A DNA stretch of 64,000 bases from an uncultured Gammaproteobacteria bacterium (lineage in GTDB: Bacteria > Patescibacteriota > Microgenomatia > UBA1406 > GWC2-37-13), in NCBI GenBank assembly GCA_964542665.1, contig CAZIUF010000001.1, positions 21,549 through 85,548 of the forward strand, written 5' to 3'. The position numbers and the translations under genes are program-made. This document shows positions 1-7,561 of this stretch, in pieces. The notes beneath the pieces are model-generated. The model was not told the DNA's origin. It worked only from the letters and a program-made list of their open reading frames with translations, and did not search any database. Every line of letters begins with the position of its first letter. Within the stretch, counting starts at the first letter, position 1.

Positions 1-655
1 ATTTCTCTACTGCACCTTTGCCTTTTGGCTTGGGTCCATCATAGACTTTCTGTCCACGATTGATGATGATGATCCGTGTTGCAATATCCTCTACTTCTGA
101 CAGGATATGTGTCGAAAATACGATGACTTTTTCTTTTGCGAGCTCGGTGATGAGAGCTCTGATCCGATCTTGCTCGATAGGATCAAGCCCTGAGGTAGGC
201 TCGTCTAGAATCAAAATATGTGGATTGCCAAGAAGCGCCGCAGCTAAACCTACTCGTTGGCGATATCCACGTGAAAGTGTCTCGATTTTTTTGTCCAACA
301 CTTCAATGAGTCCGATTTTCTCAGCTATCTCGAGATAGTTGCCATGCTTTTTGACTTCGCGGATAAACTGGAGATATTCCTCGACTTTCATGTCGGGATA
401 AAGAGGATTGTTTTCAGGTAAGTAACCAATCTTTTGTGTCGTTGCGATATGATGCTCAAGTGGATCCACACCATCAACAGATACGGTGCCTGAGGTAGGC
501 TTCAGGACTCCTGTGATCATACGCATCGTCGTAGTCTTTCCTGCTCCGTTGACTCCGAGAAAACCAATGACTTCGCCTGTTTTTATTTCAATACTCAAAG
601 CATCTACGGCCTTTTTTTCTCCAAACTTTTTCGTTACGTTAGTGAGTATGATCAT
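1..655 (-). CDS. ABC transporter ATP-binding protein (C-terminus runs off the window start)
   Basis: Own minus-strand translation from ATG at 655: MIILTNVTKKFGEKKAVDAL...GFLGVNGAGKTTT (Walker A), LSRGYRQRVGLAAALLGNPHILILDEPTSGLD (ABC signature + Walker B). No stop before position 1, so it is absent from the ORF track. Confidence 0.85.
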   Translation of the reverse strand, partial: MIILTNVTKKFGEKKAVDALSIEIKTGEVIGFLGVNGAGKTTTMRMITGVLKPTSGTVSVDGVDPLEHHIATTQKIGYLPENNPLYPDMKVEEYLQFIREVKKHGNYLEIAEKIGLIEVLDKKIETLSRGYRQRVGLAAALLGNPHILILDEPTSGLDPIEQDRIRALITELAKEKVIVFSTHILSEVEDIATRIIIINRGQKVYDGPKPKGKGAVEK

Positions 656-732
656 ATCCAGAGGGTACTTGTATCAAAATTGCCAGGCAAATGCAACGAG
701 TTCAAAGTGGATCATTGAAAACAGAGTGAAGA

Positions 733-1470
733 TTATCGCGATGTCAAAATCATTTTCTTCTTGAAACCGCCTCTTTCTTGCTTTTTCTTTTCTTTTACAT
801 CAAGAAGTTTCGATTCATCGACTTCGCATTCGTTCTTGATCGCATCCAACACTTCATAAATATCTGCAAGTTCTTCGATGAGATACTCTTCTTCTGCTCG
901 GGCTACCTCTTGTGCCTCTTCCACAAGCTTTTCCAGGAGCACTTTTCTAAACGTTGCTCCTTCGACTGGAGTAAATGTCCACTTTTTTCCTTTCGCAGCA
1001 GATAGCTCCGGGATGCGATCACGGACAAGTTTCTGTGATTTTTTATGAATATGCTGTACGAGTCGTGTCACGATATCACGGGTATACGATGGCAGTTCCA
1101 TAGACTCAAACTCTTCGAGTGTCTTCCATGCAACTTGCTCAAGGTCTTCGATGGCCTTTCCTTCTCCAGACTTCCACTCGCATACAAACAATAGGCTTAC
1201 TACATGATGACCGCTGGATCGAGTAAATCCTTGTGAGGAGATGAACTCAACTGTATCGCTGATCTCAATGCCCGTTTCCTCGTGTATCTCTCGACGGAGC
1301 GTATCCTCGACAATGCCAAATCCGTCTACTGTCTCTACTTTTCCTCCCACGAAAGCCCATTCTCCCGCAGCTTGGTCATCAGTGAGACTGCGCTGTCCTA
1401 TGAGAAATGTGTCGCCCTTTCTCACGATTCCATTTGCAATCACAACATGAGTAGGGATGGCAGTAGACAT
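733..1470 (-). CDS. Nudix hydrolase fused to a MazG-like all-alpha NTP pyrophosphohydrolase domain
   Basis: Nudix box GGKVETVDGFGIVEDTLRREIHEETGI in the N-terminal half. The C-terminal half (KLVRDRIPE...EELADIYEVL...ERGGFKKK) is typical of stand-alone MazG-superfamily house-cleaning enzymes. Confidence 0.8.
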   Translation of the reverse strand: MSTAIPTHVVIANGIVRKGDTFLIGQRSLTDDQAAGEWAFVGGKVETVDGFGIVEDTLRREIHEETGIEISDTVEFISSQGFTRSSGHHVVSLLFVCEWKSGEGKAIEDLEQVAWKTLEEFESMELPSYTRDIVTRLVQHIHKKSQKLVRDRIPELSAAKGKKWTFTPVEGATFRKVLLEKLVEEAQEVARAEEEYLIEELADIYEVLDAIKNECEVDESKLLDVKEKKKQERGGFKKKMILTSR

Positions 1471-1471
1471 A

Positions 1472-1621
1472 TCATCTGGTCATACCCATATATATGCCGA
1501 TATAGAAGGTCACTACAGGAATGATGATAAAAAGGACCGCAGTCAATATCTTTGAGAAAGGAGTGACCGTGTTAAAGTTTCTCTGAAAAGCTGAGGGTTT
1601 GGTGCTTGATGGGCGTTTCAT
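1472..1621 (-). CDS. small membrane protein, 49 aa (hypothetical)
   Basis: Own translation: MKRPSSTKPSAFQRNFNTVTPFSKILTAVLFIIIPVVTFYIGIYMGMTR. It has one hydrophobic helix, and its stop lies 1 nt before the ATG of the downstream Nudix gene. Too short for the ORF track. Confidence 0.35.
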   Translation of the reverse strand: MKRPSSTKPSAFQRNFNTVTPFSKILTAVLFIIIPVVTFYIGIYMGMTR

Positions 1622-1651
1622 ATATCTAACTATATCAGAAAACATCTATTT

Positions 1652-2257
1652 CTACTTCTTGATCGCGTCAAATGATTTTTCCACGACCGACCAGTCCATA
1701 TTTGCAAAAAATGCGTCGATATACCCTGCACGTGCTGCACCAAAGTCCATAAAGTATGCGTGCTCATAGGTATCAAGAGCGACGATGGGTGTGCATCCCC
1801 AGACCGGATAACTATTCTGCGCATCACCGATATAGTTGAATAGGCGCTTCTCAGCGACATTCCACGCTGTCCAGACCCAACCTCGGGCTGCGATACCTGT
1901 CGCTTTCATATCTTTTTTGTATGCGTCATACGAGCCAAAATCTTTCTCAATTTGCTTCAACAACCCACCAGTTGGTATGGCTCCAGCGGCGCCCAGGTGT
2001 CCAAAATAGATCTCGTGATTGACGATGCCTCCGTAGGCAAATGTCATCTCGACTTTGAGCTCACGGATGAGCGAATAGCTTTGGTTTGCCTTGGCATAGT
2101 CGTCATCACTGAGTTTTTCGAGGTTTGAGTTGATTTCGTTGTACTTGGTGATGTATCCTTGATACAGTTTCAGGTGTTCCTCTACCGCTTTTTTGGAGAT
2201 GCCAGTCATCTCGAAAATCTTAGGTGAGAAGGTTTGGGGTGTGCGAGGTGTAAACAT
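1652..2257 (-). CDS. Fe/Mn-family superoxide dismutase (divergent)
   Basis: 201 aa with NHEIYFGHL and LDTYEHAYF motifs, corresponding to the SOD metal-ligand regions (canonical D-x-W-E-H-A-Y-Y). Confidence 0.85.
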   Translation of the reverse strand: MFTPRTPQTFSPKIFEMTGISKKAVEEHLKLYQGYITKYNEINSNLEKLSDDDYAKANQSYSLIRELKVEMTFAYGGIVNHEIYFGHLGAAGAIPTGGLLKQIEKDFGSYDAYKKDMKATGIAARGWVWTAWNVAEKRLFNYIGDAQNSYPVWGCTPIVALDTYEHAYFMDFGAARAGYIDAFFANMDWSVVEKSFDAIKK

Positions 2258-2339
2258 GGTGAAAAATTGAATGGTTTAATAACTAAAGTAATCACATAAT
2301 ACAATATTATTTTTGATTAGTAGATACCGCAATATATTT

Positions 2340-3311
2340 ATGACAGAGAATCCAGAAGGTGTTGATACTGCAGTTGCACAAGGGCGAGCTTCGTCAAGTA
2401 CTCCTGAAGCTGTGACTCAACAGGTAGCTCCTGCCGCCCAGGAAATTGATCCACAAGCAAGAGCGAGAAAAGAACAAATCGACGCTGCAACTGAATCCCT
2501 TCGCAGGGAATATGATCGAATAGGTTTGTCAGTAGATGAAGCTACTCTTAATACACAAGTAGTTGCAATGGTTGAGTCAAAGCACCCAGTCAAGTTAGTG
2601 AAAACCACTGTGGGTGAGGTTGCGCCCGGGAGTCAACCGTATTGGTCAAGAGGAGAATACCTAGGTCAACCTCAGTTTCGCTTTGACGAGCTTAAGGGAT
2701 TGTCTGATCTTGATCCCTATTCATCTAGCAAAGATAGTGGGAATCTTATGCCAATTGCCCTTCGAAGGAAAGTGATCACTGCACTTTGGCGTGCAGCCCA
2801 TACACAATCAACAATATCACCTCCAAATTGCCGGGGTATTTCAGTTGGGTCAAACGGTAACTCGTATTATTGCGAGTATGATCGGGCTTCGCATGTTATT
2901 CGGATGACTATCAACGGCACATCAATTGATATATCGAGGGAAAGAAAAGTTGCTACAACTCAAATAGCTTGGGTTTATGATGCAGATATGTTTGATGGTG
3001 TCGAAAAAAAGGCTGAAAACTGGGCACATCAGCAGCAATTATGGGAAGATGCGTGTAAATATGTTGGCGTCTTTCCAGAGATGGCAGGTTATGTTGCTAA
3101 TCTTAATCCGGAATCAGAAGATTGGGAACTAATAGATACTTCTACAGGCCAGGGAGTAAGTGGTGCGGTCGAACTTAGAGATAAAGAGGGTGCATCAGGT
3201 AAGTATATATTTCTGCCCGTGTTTGAACAGCCATTGCTTATACCTACAAACAACGAAGCTAAACTTATTCAACTTGCTCAGGCAATCCGCGATCGTTCAA
3301 AGAATGCGTAG
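2340..3311 (+). CDS. hypothetical protein (soluble orphan, starts MTE)
   Basis: Long ORF. The first ATG is at 2340; the track start at 2313 is TTG. No recognisable motif, TM helix or signal peptide. Confidence 0.6.
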   Translation: MTENPEGVDTAVAQGRASSSTPEAVTQQVAPAAQEIDPQARARKEQIDAATESLRREYDRIGLSVDEATLNTQVVAMVESKHPVKLVKTTVGEVAPGSQPYWSRGEYLGQPQFRFDELKGLSDLDPYSSSKDSGNLMPIALRRKVITALWRAAHTQSTISPPNCRGISVGSNGNSYYCEYDRASHVIRMTINGTSIDISRERKVATTQIAWVYDADMFDGVEKKAENWAHQQQLWEDACKYVGVFPEMAGYVANLNPESEDWELIDTSTGQGVSGAVELRDKEGASGKYIFLPVFEQPLLIPTNNEAKLIQLAQAIRDRSKNA

Positions 3312-3365
3312 GCCCAATGAGTAACAGCAAAAACGGCAAAGTTATGAAGACTGCTTCTGATTTAC

Positions 3366-3458
3366 TTAACTACTTTTCCACTCCTCTATCTTTTTATGAT
3401 CGCCGCCCATGAGGACTTCGGGGACTGATTGATCATCGTACTCTGCCGGACGAGTGTA
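3366..3458 (-). pseudogene. orphan copy of the last 30 codons plus stop of trmD
   Basis: Minus-strand reading gives [30 protein letters not shown]. Positions 3375-3458 match 4546-4629 at 74/84 nt with no indels. There is no upstream trmD body. Confidence 0.85.
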
Positions 3459-3485
3459 TTAATGTTAATGCACAGATCTTTCTGT

Positions 3486-4520
3486 CTATTTCGATTCAGA
3501 CTGCTCTGAAGCGAACTGTGTCGGTATAGTCAAAACCTCTTTTTTTTCAGGACCGAGTGTCTTTACAGTCAGTTTTGCAAAGTGATCTTTCCATCGTCCT
3601 GCATATGTATGAACAATTGTGTTTGGATTACCAAACAACACCCTTCCCTCTTCGGTAGCAGTTAGGGCAGGATTGGTCATATCGACGAGCCAGACTCCCT
3701 GAGCAAAATCTGGAACCCTTAACTCTACGTTTCCAGAATCAACAGTGCGCATGTTTGGCGCTATCATCGAGAGTACATGCCCCTTACCATATGGCTTGTC
3801 ATAAGGAGCTACATCTTGTGATTTTATGCCAACATAAAGCACTGAGTATTGATCAGACATATGTTTACTTCGCAACCAATGACTAGCAAGAGAGGCGAAA
3901 ACGGCATTCATTTGAGCGCAGACACCCCCGTCTAATACTAGATTTTCGTGGAGTCCAATTGGCCCTTTTCTATTCAGGTCATCTGCCTTATCCATATCTT
4001 TGATGTAGGGGAAAAGTATGCCTTGGGCGACTCGGGCGATGGATGTAGGAAAGTCACGTGATCCTCCCGGTGTTTGTTCAATATCATGATCAACCATCGC
4101 CACCAAACCTCGAGTGATAGTTGACTCTATATGTCCTTCCCTCGCAATCTGTTCGGCATTTGCCGCATCAGCATGTGGACCCAGATACTCTGCCACTGAT
4201 TGAGGCACAACACTTGGGTCGGTAATTCTTACTTTCTTGAGTTCTTTTTTGGCGCTTTTGATATCACCAGGTACTACGTCATATCCTCGAGCAAATACAT
4301 GTGCAGCCTCACGGATAGCCTGTCCTGCCAATTCTATTTCCCCATTTTTCCATCGTCCTACTGCATTCTCTACTAGATCATGCACCTCATGTATTGTCTG
4401 ATGCCGATCATATAGAGTGGTATTTGGGAAAGATCCTTCTAGCCCATAGATGTCGTCATCTGTGTTTTCTATCTTAATTGGAATTTCTCCAGGCGGTATT
4501 AATCTAGTCTGTTCAACCAT
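3486..4520 (-). CDS. hypothetical protein (starts MVE); possible transglutaminase-like Cys-His-Asp fold
   Basis: ATG at 4520, 10 nt after the trmD stop. The longer track ORF to 4751 overlaps trmD. Motif order GGVCAQMNAVFASL ... GKGHVLSMI ... GVWLVDMTNP resembles the G-x-C / H / D core of transglutaminase-like peptidases. Confidence 0.6.
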   Translation of the reverse strand: MVEQTRLIPPGEIPIKIENTDDDIYGLEGSFPNTTLYDRHQTIHEVHDLVENAVGRWKNGEIELAGQAIREAAHVFARGYDVVPGDIKSAKKELKKVRITDPSVVPQSVAEYLGPHADAANAEQIAREGHIESTITRGLVAMVDHDIEQTPGGSRDFPTSIARVAQGILFPYIKDMDKADDLNRKGPIGLHENLVLDGGVCAQMNAVFASLASHWLRSKHMSDQYSVLYVGIKSQDVAPYDKPYGKGHVLSMIAPNMRTVDSGNVELRVPDFAQGVWLVDMTNPALTATEEGRVLFGNPNTIVHTYAGRWKDHFAKLTVKTLGPEKKEVLTIPTQFASEQSESK

Positions 4521-4530
4521 TAGTGTGTAT

Positions 4531-5160
4531 TTAGGAAAAAACTTCTTTCCACTCCTCAATCTTCTTATGATCCCCACCCATGAGGACTTCGGGGACTGAT
4601 TGACCATCGTACTCAGCGGGTCTGGTGTACTGAGGAGGTTCTTTTGTATATTTGGTATACGTCTCATTTTCTGCAACTCCATCTTTGGTGAACGTCCCGG
4701 GAAGAAGACGTACGACAGCATCAGTGATGACGGCAGCAGGCAACTCGCCACCAGTCAGGACGTACTCGCCGATTGAGATCTCTTCGTGAACATATTTCAG
4801 GATCCGCGCATCAACTCCCTCATAATGTCCACAGATGATCACGAGATGTTTTCGAGTGTCTGCATATTCACGAGCTTTTTTCTGAGTGAAAAGTGTTCCG
4901 CCAGCTGCGGTCAAGATGACATATGACTCATCAGTCACGACTGACTTGAGCGCTGCATGCAGCACATCGACTTTCATAATCATACCGGCTCCTCCGCCAT
5001 AGGGTCGATCATCGACAGAACCATATGAATCAGTTGCGAACTTCCGGATATCTACATAGTCCACCGTGACTGCGCCTTTTTTCTGGGCTTTGCCCACGAT
5101 CGAGGTCTCGAGGATACCTCGCATCATATCGGGGAAAAGGGTGAGTATGGTGATACGCAT
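4531..5160 (-). CDS. trmD: tRNA (guanine37-N1)-methyltransferase
   Basis: MRITILTLFPDMM...DDRPYGGGAGMIMK...ISIGEYVLTGGELPA. These are classic TrmD motifs. Confidence 0.95.
   Translation of the reverse strand: MRITILTLFPDMMRGILETSIVGKAQKKGAVTVDYVDIRKFATDSYGSVDDRPYGGGAGMIMKVDVLHAALKSVVTDESYVILTAAGGTLFTQKKAREYADTRKHLVIICGHYEGVDARILKYVHEEISIGEYVLTGGELPAAVITDAVVRLLPGTFTKDGVAENETYTKYTKEPPQYTRPAEYDGQSVPEVLMGGDHKKIEEWKEVFS
4546..4629 (-). repeat. proximal copy of the 84-nt direct repeat (functional trmD 3' end)
   Basis: Collinear with 3375-3458. There are 10 mismatches, 9 of them synonymous in the trmD frame. Confidence 0.9.
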
Positions 5161-5200
5161 AGAGAAATATGAGATAATAAGCTTGAGTTATTATAGCATC

Positions 5201-5407
5201 ATGACAGGACAAATAATCATATATCTCATCCGCATCTATCAAAAGACCGAGCCAGTACGGGATGGTATCATGCGTCAGCTCCACTTCCCTCGACACATAT
5301 GTAAATACAATCCTACGTGTAGTGAAAATATGATTATCCAGATCCGTAATCATGGGCCAATAAAAGGGGTAGCGCTTGGATTCAAACAGATACTTTCATG
5401 TCACTAG
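5201..5407 (+). CDS. yidD: membrane protein insertion efficiency factor YidD
   Basis: Internal ATG of track ORF 5066-5407: MTGQIIIYLIRIYQK...CKYNPTCSENMIIQIRNHGPIKGVALGFKQILSCH. This carries the YidD signature (IRxYQ, C-x-Y-x-PTCS, RIL-x-CH). Confidence 0.85.
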   Translation: MTGQIIIYLIRIYQKTEPVRDGIMRQLHFPRHICKYNPTCSENMIIQIRNHGPIKGVALGFKQILSCH

Positions 5408-6028
5408 ACGGGCTTTGTATCCTGGATGAGATTTTGTGTGGCTAAACACAGGATAAAAGTCACCAGTCGAAATAAAATCTTCGTATTCTCCGAATTCAGT
5501 GATCACATCAAAGACTTCGAAGATCTTTGGTTCGACGAGAACTTTTCCTTTTTTAAGATTTTTTATCCACCCAGCTACTCGCTTAGGCACTTCAGAATCA
5601 GTGTGCCCTCCACACTCGATAACTACACCCCTTCGTACATGGATTAAGCTTCCATTAATAATATTTCCTGAACGCGGAAAATATACGGCATGCTCTATGC
5701 CTGCAATAGCGGCAAGTGCTGACATAGATCTATCTGTCACCACACAAAAAGGGACAGTGACATGTGATGCGGTGTGCAAATCTATTACAAATGCGTGGGA
5801 AGAAATCGTTTCCAATAGATAGCGCGCTCTACCCGATTCGTAATCAGAGCCATCGGTATTTTCAAATGCTCTATTGAGATCTTGATCTATATATCTCACA
5901 CGTTTTTCTAATGCCTGGGGATTGCCCACGAGATGTGGGACTCCAGCAAGCTGGAGTCCCTCAAGAGGGAGGGGTTCACTGCCGTGAACCCCTCCCACAA
6001 ATATGATCGACTCAAATGGGATGTGCAT
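5396..6028 (-). CDS. succinylglutamate desuccinylase/aspartoacylase (AstE/AspA) family protein, short form
   Basis: GGVHGSEPLP, RYIDQDLNRAF and VIDLHTAS match the family zinc-site motifs (GG-x-HG-x-E, DLNR, DLH). Confidence 0.75.
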   Translation of the reverse strand: MHIPFESIIFVGGVHGSEPLPLEGLQLAGVPHLVGNPQALEKRVRYIDQDLNRAFENTDGSDYESGRARYLLETISSHAFVIDLHTASHVTVPFCVVTDRSMSALAAIAGIEHAVYFPRSGNIINGSLIHVRRGVVIECGGHTDSEVPKRVAGWIKNLKKGKVLVEPKIFEVFDVITEFGEYEDFISTGDFYPVFSHTKSHPGYKARLVT

Positions 6029-6034
6029 ATATAT

Positions 6035-7066
6035 TTATGAAAAAGTAATTAGACCCGTTATTGAGTCTGATGATCCATGAATTTTGAGATTTGGTCGGGT
6101 GACATATGGACTCGGAATAAGTTCGTATTTTCCCGCATCTGTCATGACCGCAAATAGACGCATTAGTTTATGATGGGTAATTCCACCCTGATCTATGGTC
6201 CCAGTTGGAATAAATGGCTGACAAATACAAGGGCCTGAGCCAATTGCACGGGCCACTTGACTTCGTGTTGCCGATCCTTTTAATCCATTTGATTTTGGTA
6301 CCCAGACCTGCACATCTTTTCCTTTTGATCCATGTAAAGGTTTTACACAGCATGGTTGATCAAAATTAATATCTGCAGCTGTATTTACCAGAGTCGCCAT
6401 TCCCAAGCCTACCATATATGATTTATCACCGTGATCGATGAGAGGTGCTACAGATTTCGAATTGATTATTGTTAAAAGATCTTGACCAATCAGATCTCCA
6501 TCTTCTTTACCACCACGAGCCCATAGGTGGCCGTGGAAATTCACCATATCAAACGGATCTGAAAGATATGGTATTCGCGCTGCTTGAGCGAGCATAAGTG
6601 TGTCGATACTGCGATCGTGACCACCAGAAACGCCACGGACACTTGGAAGTACCGCACACGCAACCGGTTGCCCAGTCAAACGCGAAACACGTTCAAATAC
6701 ATCCGCGATCGGTTGTGCACCGTTCAGGATGCCGGTTAGTAGACCTAGACCCGATGGCCTCGCCTCGACTTCATAGATGCTCTGTTCTGGATGATTAGTA
6801 TCGACAATCGATGAGGCATCGATGCGTACGATCGGAGATGGAAGCCCAGTGATTTCTTGGAAGCGTGTTTTGTGTGGTTGACTAGTTTCTCTGTGCGCAG
6901 CGATGAAATCACCATTCAAGAAACCTTCAAAGGCATGCTTAACATGGACTGGAAGTTCCATTTCAGGACCGATGGTGAGTGCAAACTCACCATATGATGG
7001 TCGACATATTTCGGGTTGTTTTGGTATAGCATGACGCGCAAGCACGTCACACTCAATAGGTGACAT
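6035..7066 (-). CDS. hypothetical protein, possibly an ATP-grasp-like ligase with permuted motif order
   Basis: YEVEARPSGLG (E-x-N-x-RP-x-G-like) lies near residue 95 and VKPLHGSKGKDVQVW (KP-x-x-GS-x-G-like) near residue 240. It sits 6 nt upstream of the AstE-like gene. Confidence 0.4.
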   Translation of the reverse strand: MSPIECDVLARHAIPKQPEICRPSYGEFALTIGPEMELPVHVKHAFEGFLNGDFIAAHRETSQPHKTRFQEITGLPSPIVRIDASSIVDTNHPEQSIYEVEARPSGLGLLTGILNGAQPIADVFERVSRLTGQPVACAVLPSVRGVSGGHDRSIDTLMLAQAARIPYLSDPFDMVNFHGHLWARGGKEDGDLIGQDLLTIINSKSVAPLIDHGDKSYMVGLGMATLVNTAADINFDQPCCVKPLHGSKGKDVQVWVPKSNGLKGSATRSQVARAIGSGPCICQPFIPTGTIDQGGITHHKLMRLFAVMTDAGKYELIPSPYVTRPNLKIHGSSDSITGLITFS

Positions 7067-7213
7067 AGTTGTCTTCTTAAATTTTTAAACTGACGGTTTG
7101 GAGAAAGAAAGGGGTGAGGTGTTGTTAGCACCAAAAATACCGGGCGTAGAAAGCGAACGATCGTAGAGTGACTTTTGTGTTCATCCTGTATATAGTATAT
7201 CAGTAATTCATAG

Positions 7214-7261
7214 GTTTTAAAGTTTATGTTTCACATTTCATGTTTTATGGTTTATGTTTCA
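7214..7261. repeat. two 20-nt direct repeats, GTTTTAnnGTTTATGTTTCA, with a 28-nt period
   Basis: 7214-7233 and 7242-7261 are 18/20 identical. They lie just past the yerC-like stop and about 150 nt upstream of the 6035-7066 gene. Confidence 0.7.
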
Positions 7262-7265
7262 TGAT

Positions 7266-7517
7266 TTACAATCTCCCCAATTTTATTTCTCGTGCTCCTC
7301 GTGTCACTGTACCGACTCCTACTCCCAACTGGAGAGCAACTTTATGTTGGGGTGTACCTTTTTTGAGAAGTCTCACGATCTCGAGTCGCTGAGCGATCTC
7401 GAGTATTTCACTTTCGGTGAAAAGCCCATGCACTAGTTTGCGCATCGATGCGATGCCCTTGGTACTGAGTAGTAACCGAGCGATGATATCTGTTTTTTCA
7501 CTGATTTCATGCGGCAT
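7266..7517 (-). CDS. TrpR-like YerC/YecD family DNA-binding protein
   Basis: 83 aa. FTESEILEIAQRLEIVRLLKKGTPQHKVALQLGVGVGTVTRGAR matches the YerC/YecD HTH pattern. Confidence 0.8.
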   Translation of the reverse strand: MPHEISEKTDIIARLLLSTKGIASMRKLVHGLFTESEILEIAQRLEIVRLLKKGTPQHKVALQLGVGVGTVTRGAREIKLGRL

Positions 7518-7561
7518 ATTTGCTATTATACTACCCTACTAGTACGATGTCAATACCCCAC

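Noticed and set aside
3375-4629. The trmD repeat pair as a diversity-generating retroelement template/variable repeat
   Set aside because: Mismatches are not confined to adenines of one copy (T/C, G/C and C/G changes occur). The changes are almost all synonymous rather than diversifying. No reverse transcriptase gene is present in the window.
3486-4751. The 421-aa version of the ORF in the track, extending 230 nt into trmD
   Set aside because: The extension overlaps the well-supported trmD C-terminus in another frame and translates to low-complexity sequence. An ATG at 4520, just past the trmD stop, gives a clean non-overlapping gene.
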